From the NCBI RefSeq assembly GCF_035084215.1, contig NC_090325.1, positions 11,284,001 to 11,348,000 of the forward strand: 64,000 bases of DNA, read 5' to 3'. This stretch comes from Heptranchias perlo. Its lineage: Eukaryota. Both the position numbers and the translations under genes were made by a program. The first letter of the stretch is position 1. Every line of letters starts with the position of its first letter. Under the pieces are notes generated by a model that saw only the letters and a program-made list of their open reading frames with translations, was not told the origin of the DNA and made no database searches. Below, piece by piece: positions 48,804 through 61,020 of this stretch.

Positions 48804-49189
48804 ATGTCCCTTTCTGTCTATCTGCTGTCTCTCTATTGACTCTATATGCTAACTCTGCAATCCCTATTTGTTGGCTGTCTCTCTTTCACTGACTGTTAAT
48901 GGAGGGAACAGTCTGTCACCTAATGCTGTGAAGACAACTCAGTTGGAGCATTCAAAAAGCAATTTTTTAAAATTCATTCATGGGATGTGGGCGTCGCTGG
49001 CGAGACCTGCATTTATTGCCCATCCCTAATTCAAAAAGGAATTGCACGGATGTAGCAGAGAGGAAAGGATTTTTCATTCCTACGACATATGGGGTGTTCC
49101 CTATCTCTTAAATTGGATATTTTTCACAATCAGATATCAATTTATTTATGTACCAACTCTCCTGTATGTAGGTAGTTGCAGTTGATAAA

Positions 49190-49450
49190 TAAATAAGAAT
49201 TAAGAGGGAGGTGAGAAATAATGTTTCATCACACACAAGTTGGTCAGAATGTGGAATTCTCTGCCACAAATGGTTGTTGAAACAGAGTCTATAAATTGTT
49301 TTAAAACAGAATTAGACAGTTGCTCAAAAAGTAGAATATTGAAGGGTATGGGGAGCGAGCAGGAGAGCGAGATTAGTAGCTCATGCGGAGAAACGTACCA
49401 GCAGATTTTATGACGGGCTGAAAGGCCTGTCTCTGTGCTGTAATATTCTA
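49190..49450 (+). mobile_element. Old CR1 3' end
   Basis: AGAATGTGGAATTCTCTGCCACAA (WNSLP), GGGTATGGGGAGCGAGC, GGGCTGAAAGGCCTGTCTCTGTGCTG. Confidence 0.7.
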
Positions 49451-49754
49451 TGGGGTTGAAATTGGACTACAGGTGATATCCCGCCCAATCTGCTTTCCCA
49501 TTGAAGTCCAATATAAAACGAGATGTTGATTCGCTGTTGCTCATTTTACACTAATGCCAAGTTCCGCATGATTGTAACATACAGTGGAAAGATACAGATT
49601 CCATCTCTGTACCTATATAACTCTGCACCTATAAATATACCATATTGAACTATAAATACTTACCTACATATCAATGCATGAATCTACTTATCTCGGAACT
49701 GTATCTGTTACATAGAATTACATAGAATTTAAAGCACAGAAACAGGCCATTCGG

Positions 49755-51178
49755 TCCAGAACTGGCTGCCCCTCCAGCCAAGCTGTTCCAGTACAGCTAC
49801 AACAGGGGCATCTACCCGACAATGTGGAAAATTGCCCAGATATGCCCTGTCCACAGAAAGCAGGACAAATCCAATCCAGCCAATTACCGGTCCATCAGTC
49901 TACTCTCAATCATCAGCAAAGTGATGGAAGGTGTCGTCGACAGTGCTATCAAGCGGCACTTACTCACCAATAACCTGCTCATTGATGCTCAGTTTGGGTT
50001 CCGCCAGGACCACTCAGTGTCAGACCTCATTACAGCCTTGGTTCAAACATGGACAAAAGAGCTGAATTCAAGAGGTGAGGTGAGAGTGACTGCCCTTGAC
50101 ATCAAGGCAGCATTTGACCAAGGAGCCCTAGTAAAATTGAAGTCAATGGGAATCAGGGGGAAAACTCTCCAGTGGCTGGAGTCATACTTAGCACAAAGGA
50201 AGATGGTGGTGGTTGTTGGAGGTCAATCATCTCAGCCCCAGGACATTGCTGCAAGAGTTCCTCAAGGCAGTGTCCTAAGCCCAGCCATCTTCAGCTGCTT
50301 CATCAATGACCTTCCCTCCATCATAAGATCAGAAATGGGGATGTTCGCTGATGATTGCACAGTGTTCAGTTCCATTCGCAACCCCTCAGATAATGAAGCA
50401 GTCTGTGCCCGCATGCAGCAAGACCTGGACAACATCCAGGCTTGGGCTGATAAGTGGCAGTCTAACCACCTCTCCTTTACATTCAACGGCATTACCATCG
50501 CCGAATCCCCCACAATCAACATCCTGGGGGTCACCATTGACCAGAAACTTAACTGGACCAGCTACATAAATACTGTGGCTACAAGAGCATGTCAGAGGCT
50601 GGGTATTCTGCGGCGAGTGACTCACCTTCTGACTCCCCAAAGCCTTTCCACCATCTACAAGGCACAAGTCAGGAGTGTGATGGAATACTCTCCACTTGCC
50701 TGGATGAATGCAGATCCAACAACACTCAAGAAGCTCGACACCATCCAGGACAAAGCAGCCCGCTTGAGTGGCACCCCATCCACCACCCTAAACATTCACT
50801 CCCTTCACCACTGGCGCACAGTGGCTGCAGTGTGTACCATCCACAGGATGCATTGCAGCAACTCACCAAGGCTTCTTCGACAGCACCTCCCAAACCCGTG
50901 ACCTCTACCACCTAGAAGGACAAGAGTAGCAGGCACATGGGAACAACACCACCTGCACGTTCCCCTCCAAGTCACCCACCATTCCGACTTGGAAATATAT
51001 CGCCGTTCTTTCATCATTGCTGGGTCAAAATCCTGGAACTCCCTTCCTAACAGCACTGTGGGAGAACCTTCACCACACGGACTGCAGCGGTTCAAGAAGG
51101 CGGCTCACCACCACCTTCTCAAGGGCAATAAATGCTGGCCTCGCCAGCGACGCCCATATCCCATGAACGAAAAAAAAA
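49755..51178 (+). mobile_element. CR1-like LINE family B, RT domain through poly-A tail (ORF 49822-50901, 359 aa), nested in a minus-strand CR1 tail (49710-49755 and 51179-51358)
   Basis: NPANYRSISLLSIISKVME, QFGFR, LDIKAAFD, VPQGSVLSP, FADD, LGVTID motifs; small in-frame deletions; poly-A at 51170-51178. Confidence 0.93.
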
Positions 51179-51804
51179 CAGGTCTGTGCCAGTGTTTATG
51201 CTCCATACGAGCCTCCTCCCGCCCTACTTCATCTAACCCTATCAGCACATCCTTCTATTTCTTTCTCCCTCATCTACTTATCTAGCTTGCCCTTAAATGT
51301 AACTATGCTATTGGCCTCAACCACTTCATGTGGTAGCAAGTTCCACATTCTAACCACTTAGATTAAGGGGCTGAAAATCCATGACTGTGTTGTTGGGCTC
51401 CTCCCTGTAACTTGAGCGGGGGGTGGGAACGGCAGGGTCCCCCAGAACGGCCAGAAAAGTAAGTCAGGACTCTGATTCGTCAGGTTCTGCCCTTGAGCTG
51501 AATCTGGGAAATGGCTTGTTGGTGACAGAGCATCCACCTGCCTTAATCATGGTCATTGACGTAGGAAGGGGGAAGCACTAGGAGCAGGGGCTCTAAACAT
51601 AAGAAAATTAAGTACAGGACTAGGCCACTCAACCCTCGAGCATGCTCTGCGGTTCAATTACATCACGGCTGATCTGTACCTCAACTCCATTTACCATCTT
51701 TAGCTCCATATCCCACCAGAGTTTTACTATGATCCAATGTATGGTTGACAGAGATACACCTGGTGAGAACGGGGTGGGGGGCAACTTCTCGATTGGGACA
51801 GAAG

Positions 51805-52398
51805 TGAAGGGGTAGAAGTTATGCTACAGCTATACAAAGCCCTGGTTAGACCACACCTGGAGTACTGTGTTCAATTCTGAGCACCGCACCTTAGGAAGGA
51901 TATATTGGCCTCGGAGGGAGTGCAGCGTAGATTTACCAGAATGATACCTGGACTCCAAGGGTTAAATTTTGAGGAGAGATTACACAAACCAGGGTTGTAT
52001 TCCCTAGAATTTAAAAGATTAAGGGATGATTTGATCGAAGTTTTCAAGATATTAAGGGGAACTGATAGGGTAGATAGAGAGAAACTATTTCCGCTGGTTG
52101 GGGAGTCTAGGACTAGGGGACACAGCCTAAAAATTAGAGCCAGGACTTTCAGGAGTGAAGTTAGGAAACACTTCAACACGCAAAGGGTGGAAGAAGTTTG
52201 GAACTCTCTTCTGCAAACGGCAGTTGACGCTAGCTCAATTGTTAATTTTATATCTGAGATTGATAGATTTTTGTTAAGGTATTAATGGATATGGGGCTAA
52301 GGTGGGGATATGGAGTTAGGTCACAGATCAGCCATGATCTCATTGAATGGCGGAACAGGCTCGTGGGGCTAACTCCTGTTCCCATCTTCCTATGTTCC
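51805..52398 (+). mobile_element. CR1 3' fragment
   Basis: ORF EGVQRRFTRMIPGLQGL..RLRDDLIEVFKI..HFNTQRV..WNSL; a separate minus CR1 tail lies at about 51598-51712. Confidence 0.9.
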
Positions 52399-52779
52399 AA
52401 ATATCTAGGGGCAAACATTTTTTTTTCCCCTGCAGTTTTTAAAGCAGTGCTCTTATCAAGGGGTTACCCATGAGTTTCTTCCTGAGGCAGACCCAGCACC
52501 ACATTAGCCCCACCCTTGGCCCAGCACTCCTCCGACAGACTGTTCAGGGCCTCAATCATCGTGGGTGCCCAGATGTGTCCTTAATCGTGCGGATACCTGT
52601 CCCCATTTGCCGGACAGTCCTCCGGGGTCAGCAGCAGAGGTTCCCAATGGGCTCAATCCCAGCGTAAGTGCCAGGATCGATGGCTCAGCCATCTTCTGCC
52701 CCTGTACGTTTAGCTGAAATGCACAATGGGGTTAGTTAGCATCTAACTTTCTAGAAGATGCAGGATAATGTTTCGGGCT

Positions 52780-53225
52780 GAATTATCAGCTCAATCTTGC
52801 CTCTGAGCCAGAAGGTCATGGGTTCAAGTCCCAATCCAGATGCTTGAGCACATAATACAGGCTGACACTCCAGTGCAGTAAGGAGGCTGCACGGTCGGAG
52901 GTGCTGTCTTTAGATGAGACGTTAGACCGAAGCCCCACCTGACCTCTCTGTTGACATAATAGATCTTATGGCACATTTCAAAGAAGAGCAGGGGAGTTCT
53001 CCCCGGTGTTCTGGCCAATATTTATCCCTCAACCAACATCACTAAAAAACAGATTATCTGGTCATAATCACATTGCTGTCTGAGGGGCCTTGCTGTGCAC
53101 AAATTAGCTGCCAGGTTTCCTACATTACAACAACTGTACTTCAAAAGTACTTAGTTGGTTGTAAAGCGCTTTGGGATATCCTGATGTCATGACAGTCACG
53201 ATATAAATGCTAGTTCTTTCATTCT
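52780..53225 (+). mobile_element. DeuSINE-type SINE
   Basis: B box GGTTCAAGTCCC, family core and tail. Confidence 0.85.
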
Positions 53226-53539
53226 TTAGTATTGTCAACAAAGCTGGGCTCTCTGGAAGATTCCACCAAAAACATTAGGCCCAAAAAGCTTATCTCTCTT
53301 GACTGATCTCAGCTCCAATGACCGACTTTCTCTCCATATCCATCAATGCCTCCAAGACACATGTCATTGTCTCTTGATCCCCTTTACCACCCACTTCAAA
53401 GTCCTTCCCTGGTAGCTTATTCCACAAACCTGTTACTCATTTACTGATATGTGAACCCTCCAGCAGCACTCAATCCAATCAGAATAATAAGACAGGCCCC
53501 ACCTGTGGTTTTATGTGCTGGGCTAATCCCCTTACTAAT

Positions 53540-53626
53540 CCCCAATAAACTTCCCAGTGTTCCCCAATAAACTTCCCAGTGTTCCCCAATAAACTTCCCA
53601 GTGTTCCCCAATAAACTTCCCAGTGA
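53540..53626 (+). repeat. 22-bp tandem repeat, 4 units, each containing AATAAA
   Basis: (CCCCAATAAACTTCCCAGTGTT)4. Confidence 0.95.
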
Positions 53627-53630
53627 TCCC

Positions 53631-54992
53631 AGGTGCTGAAAGGACTTTTTCTTCTGTAACGAGGGGTACAGAAAATCAGCAGATTCAGTGAGAACCATTG
53701 ACACCTTAGATCTTATGTTAGTGGAGGACTTGATCAGTGATACCACACCGTCAATGGACAATGGGGGCATGGAGTGTGGAGGAAAACAGGACAGGGTTAA
53801 AGGTGAAGATGTCAGGAAGGGTAAATACTGTTTTACTTGATTATTTTTTGGGATTAACCACCCTGTTTACTGTTGCCACCTTTACGTGCAGTTACATTTG
53901 TGAGTTTATTTCTGGTTCTAAGCATTTGCCTATGGGAGGTTTCCAAACCTTTTATCTTGTTCGTGTTGTCAGTCTGACATGACAGCCTTTAACTGAGGAG
54001 TAATTGGGGCACCTCCTAGGCAATTTACCAGGTTATTGAACAGAGCAGCCTGAAATGACACGATCAATGATAAGGACATTAGAAAGTATTTCGAGTGAGA
54101 AAAGGGGCATTCTACCCATCAAGCCCACTTCTTCCACAGCTCACATTCAATCTTAATATTATGGACTCTATCTCACCCATTTTATCTCCTTCCCCAGCCC
54201 ACATACACTCCAGGTGTTAACCGTGGCTCAGTGGGTAGCACCCTCGCCCCTGAGTTGGAAGGTTGTGGGTGGAGAGACTTGAACATGTAATCTAAGCTGA
54301 CACTTCAATGCGATACTGAGGGAGTGCTGCACTGTCGGAGATGCCGCCTATCGGATGAGACATTAAACCAAAGCCTCCGTCTGCCCTCTCGGGTGGGTGT
54401 AAAAGTTCCCATGATGCTATTCGAAGAAGAGGAGGGGAGTTCTCCCTGTTGTCCTGGCCAATATTTATCCCTGAACCAATGTGACTAAAACAGATGATCT
54501 CGTCATTTATCTAGTTGCTGTTTGTGGAATCTTGTTGTGCGCAAATTGGATGCAGCATTTCCTACATTACAACAGTGACTATACTTCATTGGCTGTAAAG
54601 CGCTTTGAGACGACCTGAGGTCATGATAAGCGTTATATAAATACAAGTCTTTCTTTTTATTCACCCTATCATGTACACTACCCCCCCCCCCCCCCATTTA
54701 ATCTGAGGGAAGGTTCTGAACTCCTTAATCCCAAAAAAGTAATCAAGTAAAACTTTGTTCACCCTTCCTTACGTTCCATATACATTCCCTGCATTGCTTT
54801 CCTCCACACTCCATGCATGACCCTTGTCCACTGGCCCTGTGACAGTGTGGTGTAATGACATCAATGATCATGTCCTCCACTAGCCCATGATCTAAGGTTT
54901 GCCAGGTGTCCATGGATCTCACTGCAGCAGCCACGACATCTCCAGATTTTCTGTCCTCAGCATTGTAGAAGAAAATGACCCTTTCATTGCCT
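53631..54992. repeat. Long diverged inverted repeat (arms 53631-53857 and 54725-54992)
   Basis: Collinear reverse-complement matches, including exact GCATGGAGTGTGGAGGAAA (53767-53785 vs 54798-54816) and GTTTTACTTGATTA (53830-53843 vs 54740-54753). Confidence 0.9.
54213..54660 (+). mobile_element. DeuSINE-type SINE in the spacer of the inverted repeat
   Basis: Head GTGGCTCAGTGGGTAGC, core, tail TATATAAATACAAGTC. Confidence 0.87.
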
Positions 54993-55877
54993 CTCCACAC
55001 AGGGAGGCAGACTCAGAAATACGTAGAAGCAACAACACGGCAACAGGTCTTTTGGCTCAACCAATCCGTGTCGGTGTTTACCATCCACGTGAGAAAATGG
55101 ATCTAATCACATCTAATCACCCATCCTGAAGGATTGAGGATGCTTGAGAATCAGGAAAAAGAGCCAAAGTGATGCATCGGAATATTCACTGTGAATATCT
55201 TTACAGCACTGAAAACACAGAATGAGGGTTCAAGTGGAGATCACCTCATACAAGAGGTAGATACCCTGTAATATAAGTCGGGGTCAATGTGGTCTCCTGG
55301 ACTAGATTTGATCACCTAAAGGGGTTGGAGTGGAAGGAAGAGCAGAAAATTCTCCCAGTATCCTTAGCCAACATTCCCTTTCTCAACCGACAAGACACCG
55401 TGGCATAAAACATGCACACTGGACAGTCAGCTCATGCCTGTTTGTGGGATCTTGTGCAAACTAGCTGCTACGTTTACCCGCATGACATCAATCACTACAC
55501 TTCAAATTAATTCACCATGTGTTAAGTTTGAGGGATGATTAATATGTAAAGACAAGTTTGCTTTTCACGGAACTATGGATCAGTTACACGCTCCAACAAG
55601 TCACAAGGTCCAGTAGACGATTTTTCTATCGCTTTCGTCGTTTCATCATCTCACCTATTTTAAATTTGTCTTTTGGATGATAATTTCTCTGGTTTTACAG
55701 AGCCTGACATTTTCTCAGCTCGGGATGGCATGAATTCCCTCGTTTACAAGTTAATCTTTCAATCTACACGCTCACACTTGAACACCACTCGTACCTCTTG
55801 ATTAGTTGTCCATCACCTCCCGATTGCTAACATTCTAAAGTGAGAATATTTCTGTTCCTCACTTTCACAGTGCACTT

Positions 55878-56280
55878 GATGTCAGCCGTGGCTCAGTGGG
55901 TAGTGCTGTCACCTCTGAGTCAGAAAGTCGTAGGTTCAAGTCCCACTCCGGTGACTCAAGCACAAAACCTAGGCTACTCCCAGTGCAGTACTGTCGGAGG
56001 TGCCGTCTTTTGAATGAGATGTTAAACCGAGGCCCCGTCGGCCCTCTCAGGTGGATGTAAAAGATTCCATGGCGCTATTTCGAAGAGGAGCAGAGGGGTT
56101 CGTCCCGGTGTCCTGGCCAATATCTATCCCTCAACTAACATCGCTAAATCTGGTCATTATCACATTGTGGGACCTTGCTGTGCGCAAATCGGCTGCCGAG
56201 TTACAACAGGGACTACACTTCAAAAGTACTTCATTGATTGTAAAGCGCTTTGGGGCATCCTGAGGTTGTGAAAGACGCAG
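55878..56280 (+). mobile_element. DeuSINE-type SINE
   Basis: TGTCAGCCGTGGCTCAGTGGG..GGTTCAAGTCCC head and core. Confidence 0.87.
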
Positions 56281-56654
56281 TTATGGAATGTCACTTGGGC
56301 TTGCTTTGTGCCAAATGTACCCCTTTTATTTGGCTGGTGGACATCAGCATCACTATATCCTTTGAGTCTTCAATGGCTCAAAGGTCAATGACTGCAAATT
56401 TTCTCTTTCTGGTCAGAATTGGCTCAATGGCTCCCCAAAGGCAACCCTTTACCTTTGTCATAGATGGCACTTTGCTGCTGGAAGGATTTTAAGATTGTGC
56501 CCTCTTGTTCTGGATTCCCCCACTAGAGGCAATAATTCCTCTGTATGTATTCTCTCATATCCCTGTAACACCTTGATGAGATCACCCCTTAACGTTCTAA
56601 ACTCAAGAGAGAGAAACCAAGTTTATTCAACCTCATAATTTAATCATTTAAGAC

Positions 56655-57030
56655 CTGGTATCACAACCTCAGGACATCCCAAAGAGCTTTACAGCCAATG
56701 AAGTTCCTTTGAAGTGCAGTCACTGCTGTAGGAAATGCAATAGCCAATTTGCGTAAGCAAGGTCCCACAAACAGTACTGCGATAAATGAATAGCTAATCA
56801 GTCGAGAGATAAATATTGACCAGGACACCAGGAGAACTCCCCTGCTCTTCTCCAAAGAGAGCCATGGGATCTTATGCATCCACCTGGGTTTCAACGCCTC
56901 ATCTGAAAGATGGCATCTCCAACAGCGCAGCACTCCCTTCGTACTGCACTGGAGTGTCAGCTCATCTCTGGAGTGGGGCTTGAAACCATGTCCTTCCGGC
57001 TTAGAGGCAAGAACGTTACCACAGCGCCAA
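56655..57030 (-). mobile_element. DeuSINE-type SINE, preceded by a small CR1 remnant at about 56490-56660
   Basis: Reversed core and head. Confidence 0.8.
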
Positions 57031-57404
57031 GGGTAATACTGAAGGTCGTACTGTGTACACAAGGATGATAGTGATGGGGACATTACTTGGAAGAAGTGTG
57101 CACTATTCAAAATTTACTGCCTATAGGCCTGACTGGAATGGACAACAAGATTAGGTTTGCATCCGTTGTTTGCTACTAGGCTGTTTAAAGAAACAAAGGA
57201 TTTTTTCTCTCAGTAATCGATTGTCTGCTGTTACTGGGAGAAAGAATAATAATAACTCAATCCTAATAATAGTCGTTTTCAATAAAACTGAACAAAGTTC
57301 CCTTCCTTTTTAAGTAAAAAATGTATGTTGTCCATGTTCATTGTAGATTCTAAAATACCAGAGAGTGTGCCAAATGAAGGGCCAAAATGTTCTGGGTGGT
57401 CCAG

Positions 57405-57596
57405 AACCCCTCCGTCTCTCCGCCTCCCTCTTCTCCTTTAAGACCCTCCTTAAAACCCATCTCTTTGACCAAGCTTTCGGTCATCACTCCTACTTTTCGT
57501 TGCTTTGGCTCAGCTTCCATTATTTCCTTAAGCCTCTGTGGAGCACCTTGGACATTTTTCTACATTAAGGGCGCTATATAAATGCAAACTGTTGTC
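57405..57596 (+). mobile_element. L2 3' tail
   Basis: CTCCTTTAAGACCCTCCTTAAAACC..TTTGACCAAGC..GGCGCTATATAAATGCAAAC. Confidence 0.82.
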
Positions 57597-58063
57597 ACAG
57601 TAGAAAATAAATCTTGTGCCTTCAACACTTATAAACCCTTTCAGGCTTTTGTACACTTAAGTTTTTTTTATTCCTAATACAAGTGACAGAATTTTGAGAA
57701 TATCTACATCTTAAGTTACAGGCCTGGGTCCTCCGAGACTTTCAGTGTAATTACTTGTTTCTGGGTTGTAATATGTTGGTCAGTCTTTGGTAGTTTTCGA
57801 CCTTTGCACATCTCCTTCTCCCTCCCATAAAATGACACCGTGACAGGGCAAGGGAAAGTGGGCTAAATTTCAGAGAACCAGCGCACAGTGATGGGCCAAA
57901 TGGCCGCCTTCTGTACTGCAGGATTCCCTGGTCCTCTCCAAATGAGGCCGATTTTATTGTCAACCGATTCAGCAAGCGGCAGAAATCAAAAGAGGGTCGA
58001 GCAACCTCGCCTGATAAACGCAAACTTTAGATTGGAGCAGTCCCCTGCTCGATCAACACGAGT

Positions 58064-58678
58064 CTAGAAATTCCAAGTTGGCCGCAGCACCGGTAGAAGT
58101 GCGCTGGGCCGGGACTTCCCAAATCCCAGGGCACGGGGTCATTTGCATAAAGGGCCGGGCATTTGTCCCATTTACTGTGCTACTAAGGTTTCTGCCCCGG
58201 GGGTGGGGAGAGAGGAGGGGAGGGGAGAAAGGGGGACATAAGGATTTTGCAACCGCCGCTGCATCGGGGAGGGAAGGGTGGGGGGCGTGGGATAGTCTGG
58301 CCAAAATGTCAGAATTGACATTCTTTGTCCTGCTGGCTGCTCCATGTTTGCTGTGCCTTTCCCCTACTGCCGCCATGGGCCCCACTTTGGGACATTGTAC
58401 GGCAAGCAAACCCGTTTAATGCAGGTGCCCTTACTGTTGGCCGTACGCTGGGCAGAATTGGCGGAATTTGCGGGAGAGCCCAACACCTCTCCTCCAAATG
58501 CGTCATCGTGACGGAAGGTGGGTGAACGGAAGAAGCGCCCAGAATTCCATAACCTAGCCGGAAAGAGGCGGAAACCCAGCGGAAAAGGGTTCCTCCCTAA
58601 ATTCCAACCCCCACCCCCCCCCCAACCCACCACTCTGATAATGCCAATGCCATGCCTAAAAAAGGGCATGAATTTCTA
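58064..58678. mobile_element. GC-rich non-autonomous DNA element with short TIRs
   Basis: TAGAAATTC at 58065-58073 and GAATTTCTA at 58670-58678 bracket a CpG-rich block. Confidence 0.5.
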
Positions 58679-58829
58679 ATGTACTCCAGTCTGGAAGCAA
58701 CGCAGTTAAATTGTGACTCGCGTGGAGCATGGACCTATTGGGCCAAATGGCCTGTTTCTGTGCTGTACATTCTATGCAATTCTATGTAAATTGACTGAAC
58801 TGCAGTTGAATCGTATTGGTTCTCCCCAT

Positions 58830-59185
58830 TTTATTTTCCTGACGGTCCTCTCTGGTTAGGTATAGGCCCACGATTGCTGGCAGCCTTCCAGTACCTCCCA
58901 CAACCGGCTATTCTTCACACTGTCCAGTTAACATGTGTCACCAGGCTATTCAACCGCGGAGGGCTGGGCAGTCCGGCGTAATCCTGTTCTCACCCAATGT
59001 CGACACACGTGCACTGAAGAGCTGCAGGTCTGGAGCGAGGGCGCTGTCCGAATTGCCCCTTCATTACCCAAGGGTGCTGAGGCCAACTCTAGCACTCGAC
59101 CTCCGCCAGAAATGGAATCAGCTAATTCTGTGCAGACCAAAATCTGCTTCACACTACGACATGTACGCTTAGGCCATTGGGCAGC
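58830..59185 (-). mobile_element. Old LF-SINE-like element
   Basis: CCTTCCAGTACCTC..GGCTATTCAACCGCGGAGGG..GCTGAGGCCAA..ATCAGCTAATTCTGTGCAGACC shared with 2540-2760. Confidence 0.5.
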
Positions 59186-59327
59186 TTTGAATCAATTTTT
59201 GTACAAATAGGATAGCTCACTGTTAAGGGGTTGGCCTAAATCTATTTTTCAACACACACAAATGTGGACATATTGCCTGGTCTAGATCAATCTAATCTTG
59301 TTAGGGGTGGGAAGGGACGAGAGAAGA

Positions 59328-59511
59328 GGGGTAATTTTGACTTTGGGTGCCAATGCAAAACAGTAAATCTCGCATCAGCCACCCGTTATACATCTCTCCT
59401 GATTTTCATTGCCATTGAAGTCGACGGAAATGAAAGTTGGGAAAGATGTTTAACGGGCAGCTGCTCCGATACCTCCCATTTTACACTTTCACCAACAGTT
59501 AAAATTATGCT
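59328..59511. mobile_element. Palindromic (hairpin) MITE, Harbinger/Chompy-like
   Basis: TAATTTTGACT / AGTTAAAATTA ends; internal arms CAGCCACCCGTTATACATCT / AGATGTTTAACGGGCAGCTG; centre CCATTGAAGTC. Confidence 0.75.
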
Positions 59512-59949
59512 CAAGGAGAAATCTTAAAAGAAGTATGTTTTTTTTAAAAAAAAATCTTGAGTGGTTCTCCCCTTATAAAGTACAACTCACACCAAAAGGG
59601 CTTTAATTTATAAAGTGTTTTGTTAAATAGTAAACTACAATGAAGACAGATATAAAATAGGAAGCCTCCTATTCTCATGCCTGGTTTACACAGTACAGCG
59701 GTGATCAATTCTACCCTGTGAGTTCAAGGCTGCCAGATTAGTACAGGAGTGTGGCGTTGCCAACAAGCTCAGCTACAGAGAGGCATGAAGATAATTTGGG
59801 TCATGTTCAGATTTCGAAGGTTATTTGAATCGAGGAGCCGGTTGAATAATACAATAAAATTCTTCATTGGCTCTCCTTTTCATCATTGAAAAGGGAGTGT
59901 TAAACACAACTCAGCAATGTCCGTTCTGGTACATTCTATTACATGGAGT

Positions 59950-60290
59950 TACATCAAAACTACAGCACAGAAACTGGCCATTCAGCCCAACAGATCTATC
60001 CCGGTGTTTATGTTCCACACGAGCCTCCTCCCTCCCTACTTCATCTCACCCTATCAGCACATCCTTCTATTCCTTTCTCTCTCATGTGTTTACTTAGCTT
60101 CCCATTAAATGCATCTATGTTATTCGCCTCAACTACTCCTTGAGTTAGCGAGTTCCACATTCTAACCACTCTCTGGGTAAAGAAGTTTCTCCTGAATTCC
60201 CTATTGGATTTATTAGCGACTATTTTATATTTATGACCTCTAGTTTTGGATTCCCCCACAAGCGGAAACATTTTCTCTACGTCTACCCTA
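59950..60290 (-). mobile_element. CR1 3' end (family C)
   Basis: ORF FPLVGESKTRGHKYKI..RRNFFTQRVVRMWNSL. Confidence 0.9.
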
Positions 60291-60304
60291 TTAACTACAA
60301 CTCA

Positions 60305-61020
60305 GCAAGGTCATAACAGGAAGGGAGAGATGGGGGCAGGATCGCATGGAATGGGAAATGGGAGGGGTCACTACATGGGTGGGGAAATAGGAGAGGATCT
60401 CAACATGGATGGGGAGATGGGAAGGTTTAACAATAAGGCAGGATAGATGGGGCAGGTGTTCCAAATCATGAACGGTTTTGTAAATAAGGAGAAACTGTTT
60501 CCAGTGGCAGAAGAGTTGGTAACCAGAGGTCACAGATTTAAGGTGATCGGCAAAAGAGTCAGAGGTGACATGAGGAAACATTTTCTTATTCAAAGAATGT
60601 TATGATCTGGAATGCACTGCCTGAAAGGGTGGTGGAAGAAGATTTAAGAATAACTTTCAAAAGGGAATTGGATAATTACTTGAATGGAAAAAATTAACAG
60701 GCCGATGGGGAAAGAGCAGGGGGAATTCGAAGAGCCGGCACAGGCCATATGGGCTGAATGGCCTCCTTCTGTGCTGTAAAATACTATGAAACTATGAACT
60801 TAACGTGGGAGAGCAATTGAGAGGGATCTCAACATAGAAAGGGAGACAGGATAGCATCACAACATGGGTGAGGGAGAGGTGAGGCAAGATCTCAACATGG
60901 ACCGTAAGATGGGGTGGAATCACACCAGGGAGAGATGGATAGAGCAGGAACATAACAAGAAGGGAGAGATGGGGCTGGATCATGACAGGGATTGCAACTA
61001 GATGGGGGAGGAGACTAGTA
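60305..61020 (+). repeat. Degenerate purine-rich tandem repeat of about 30 bp, interrupted by CR1
   Basis: Recurrent GGGAGAGATGGGGCAGGATC(T/A)CAACATGG-like units at 60305-60455 and 60800-61020. Confidence 0.7.
60455..60797 (+). mobile_element. CR1 3' fragment
   Basis: GAGAAACTGTTTCCAGTGGCAG..ATCTGGAATGCACTGCCTGAAAGGG..ATACTATGAAACTATG tail. Confidence 0.88.

Noticed and set aside
49822-50901. 359-aa RT ORF as a domesticated gene, retron or novel RT system
   Set aside because: Ordinary 5'-truncated CR1-like copy with internal deletions, nested in another repeat; many sister 3' fragments in the window
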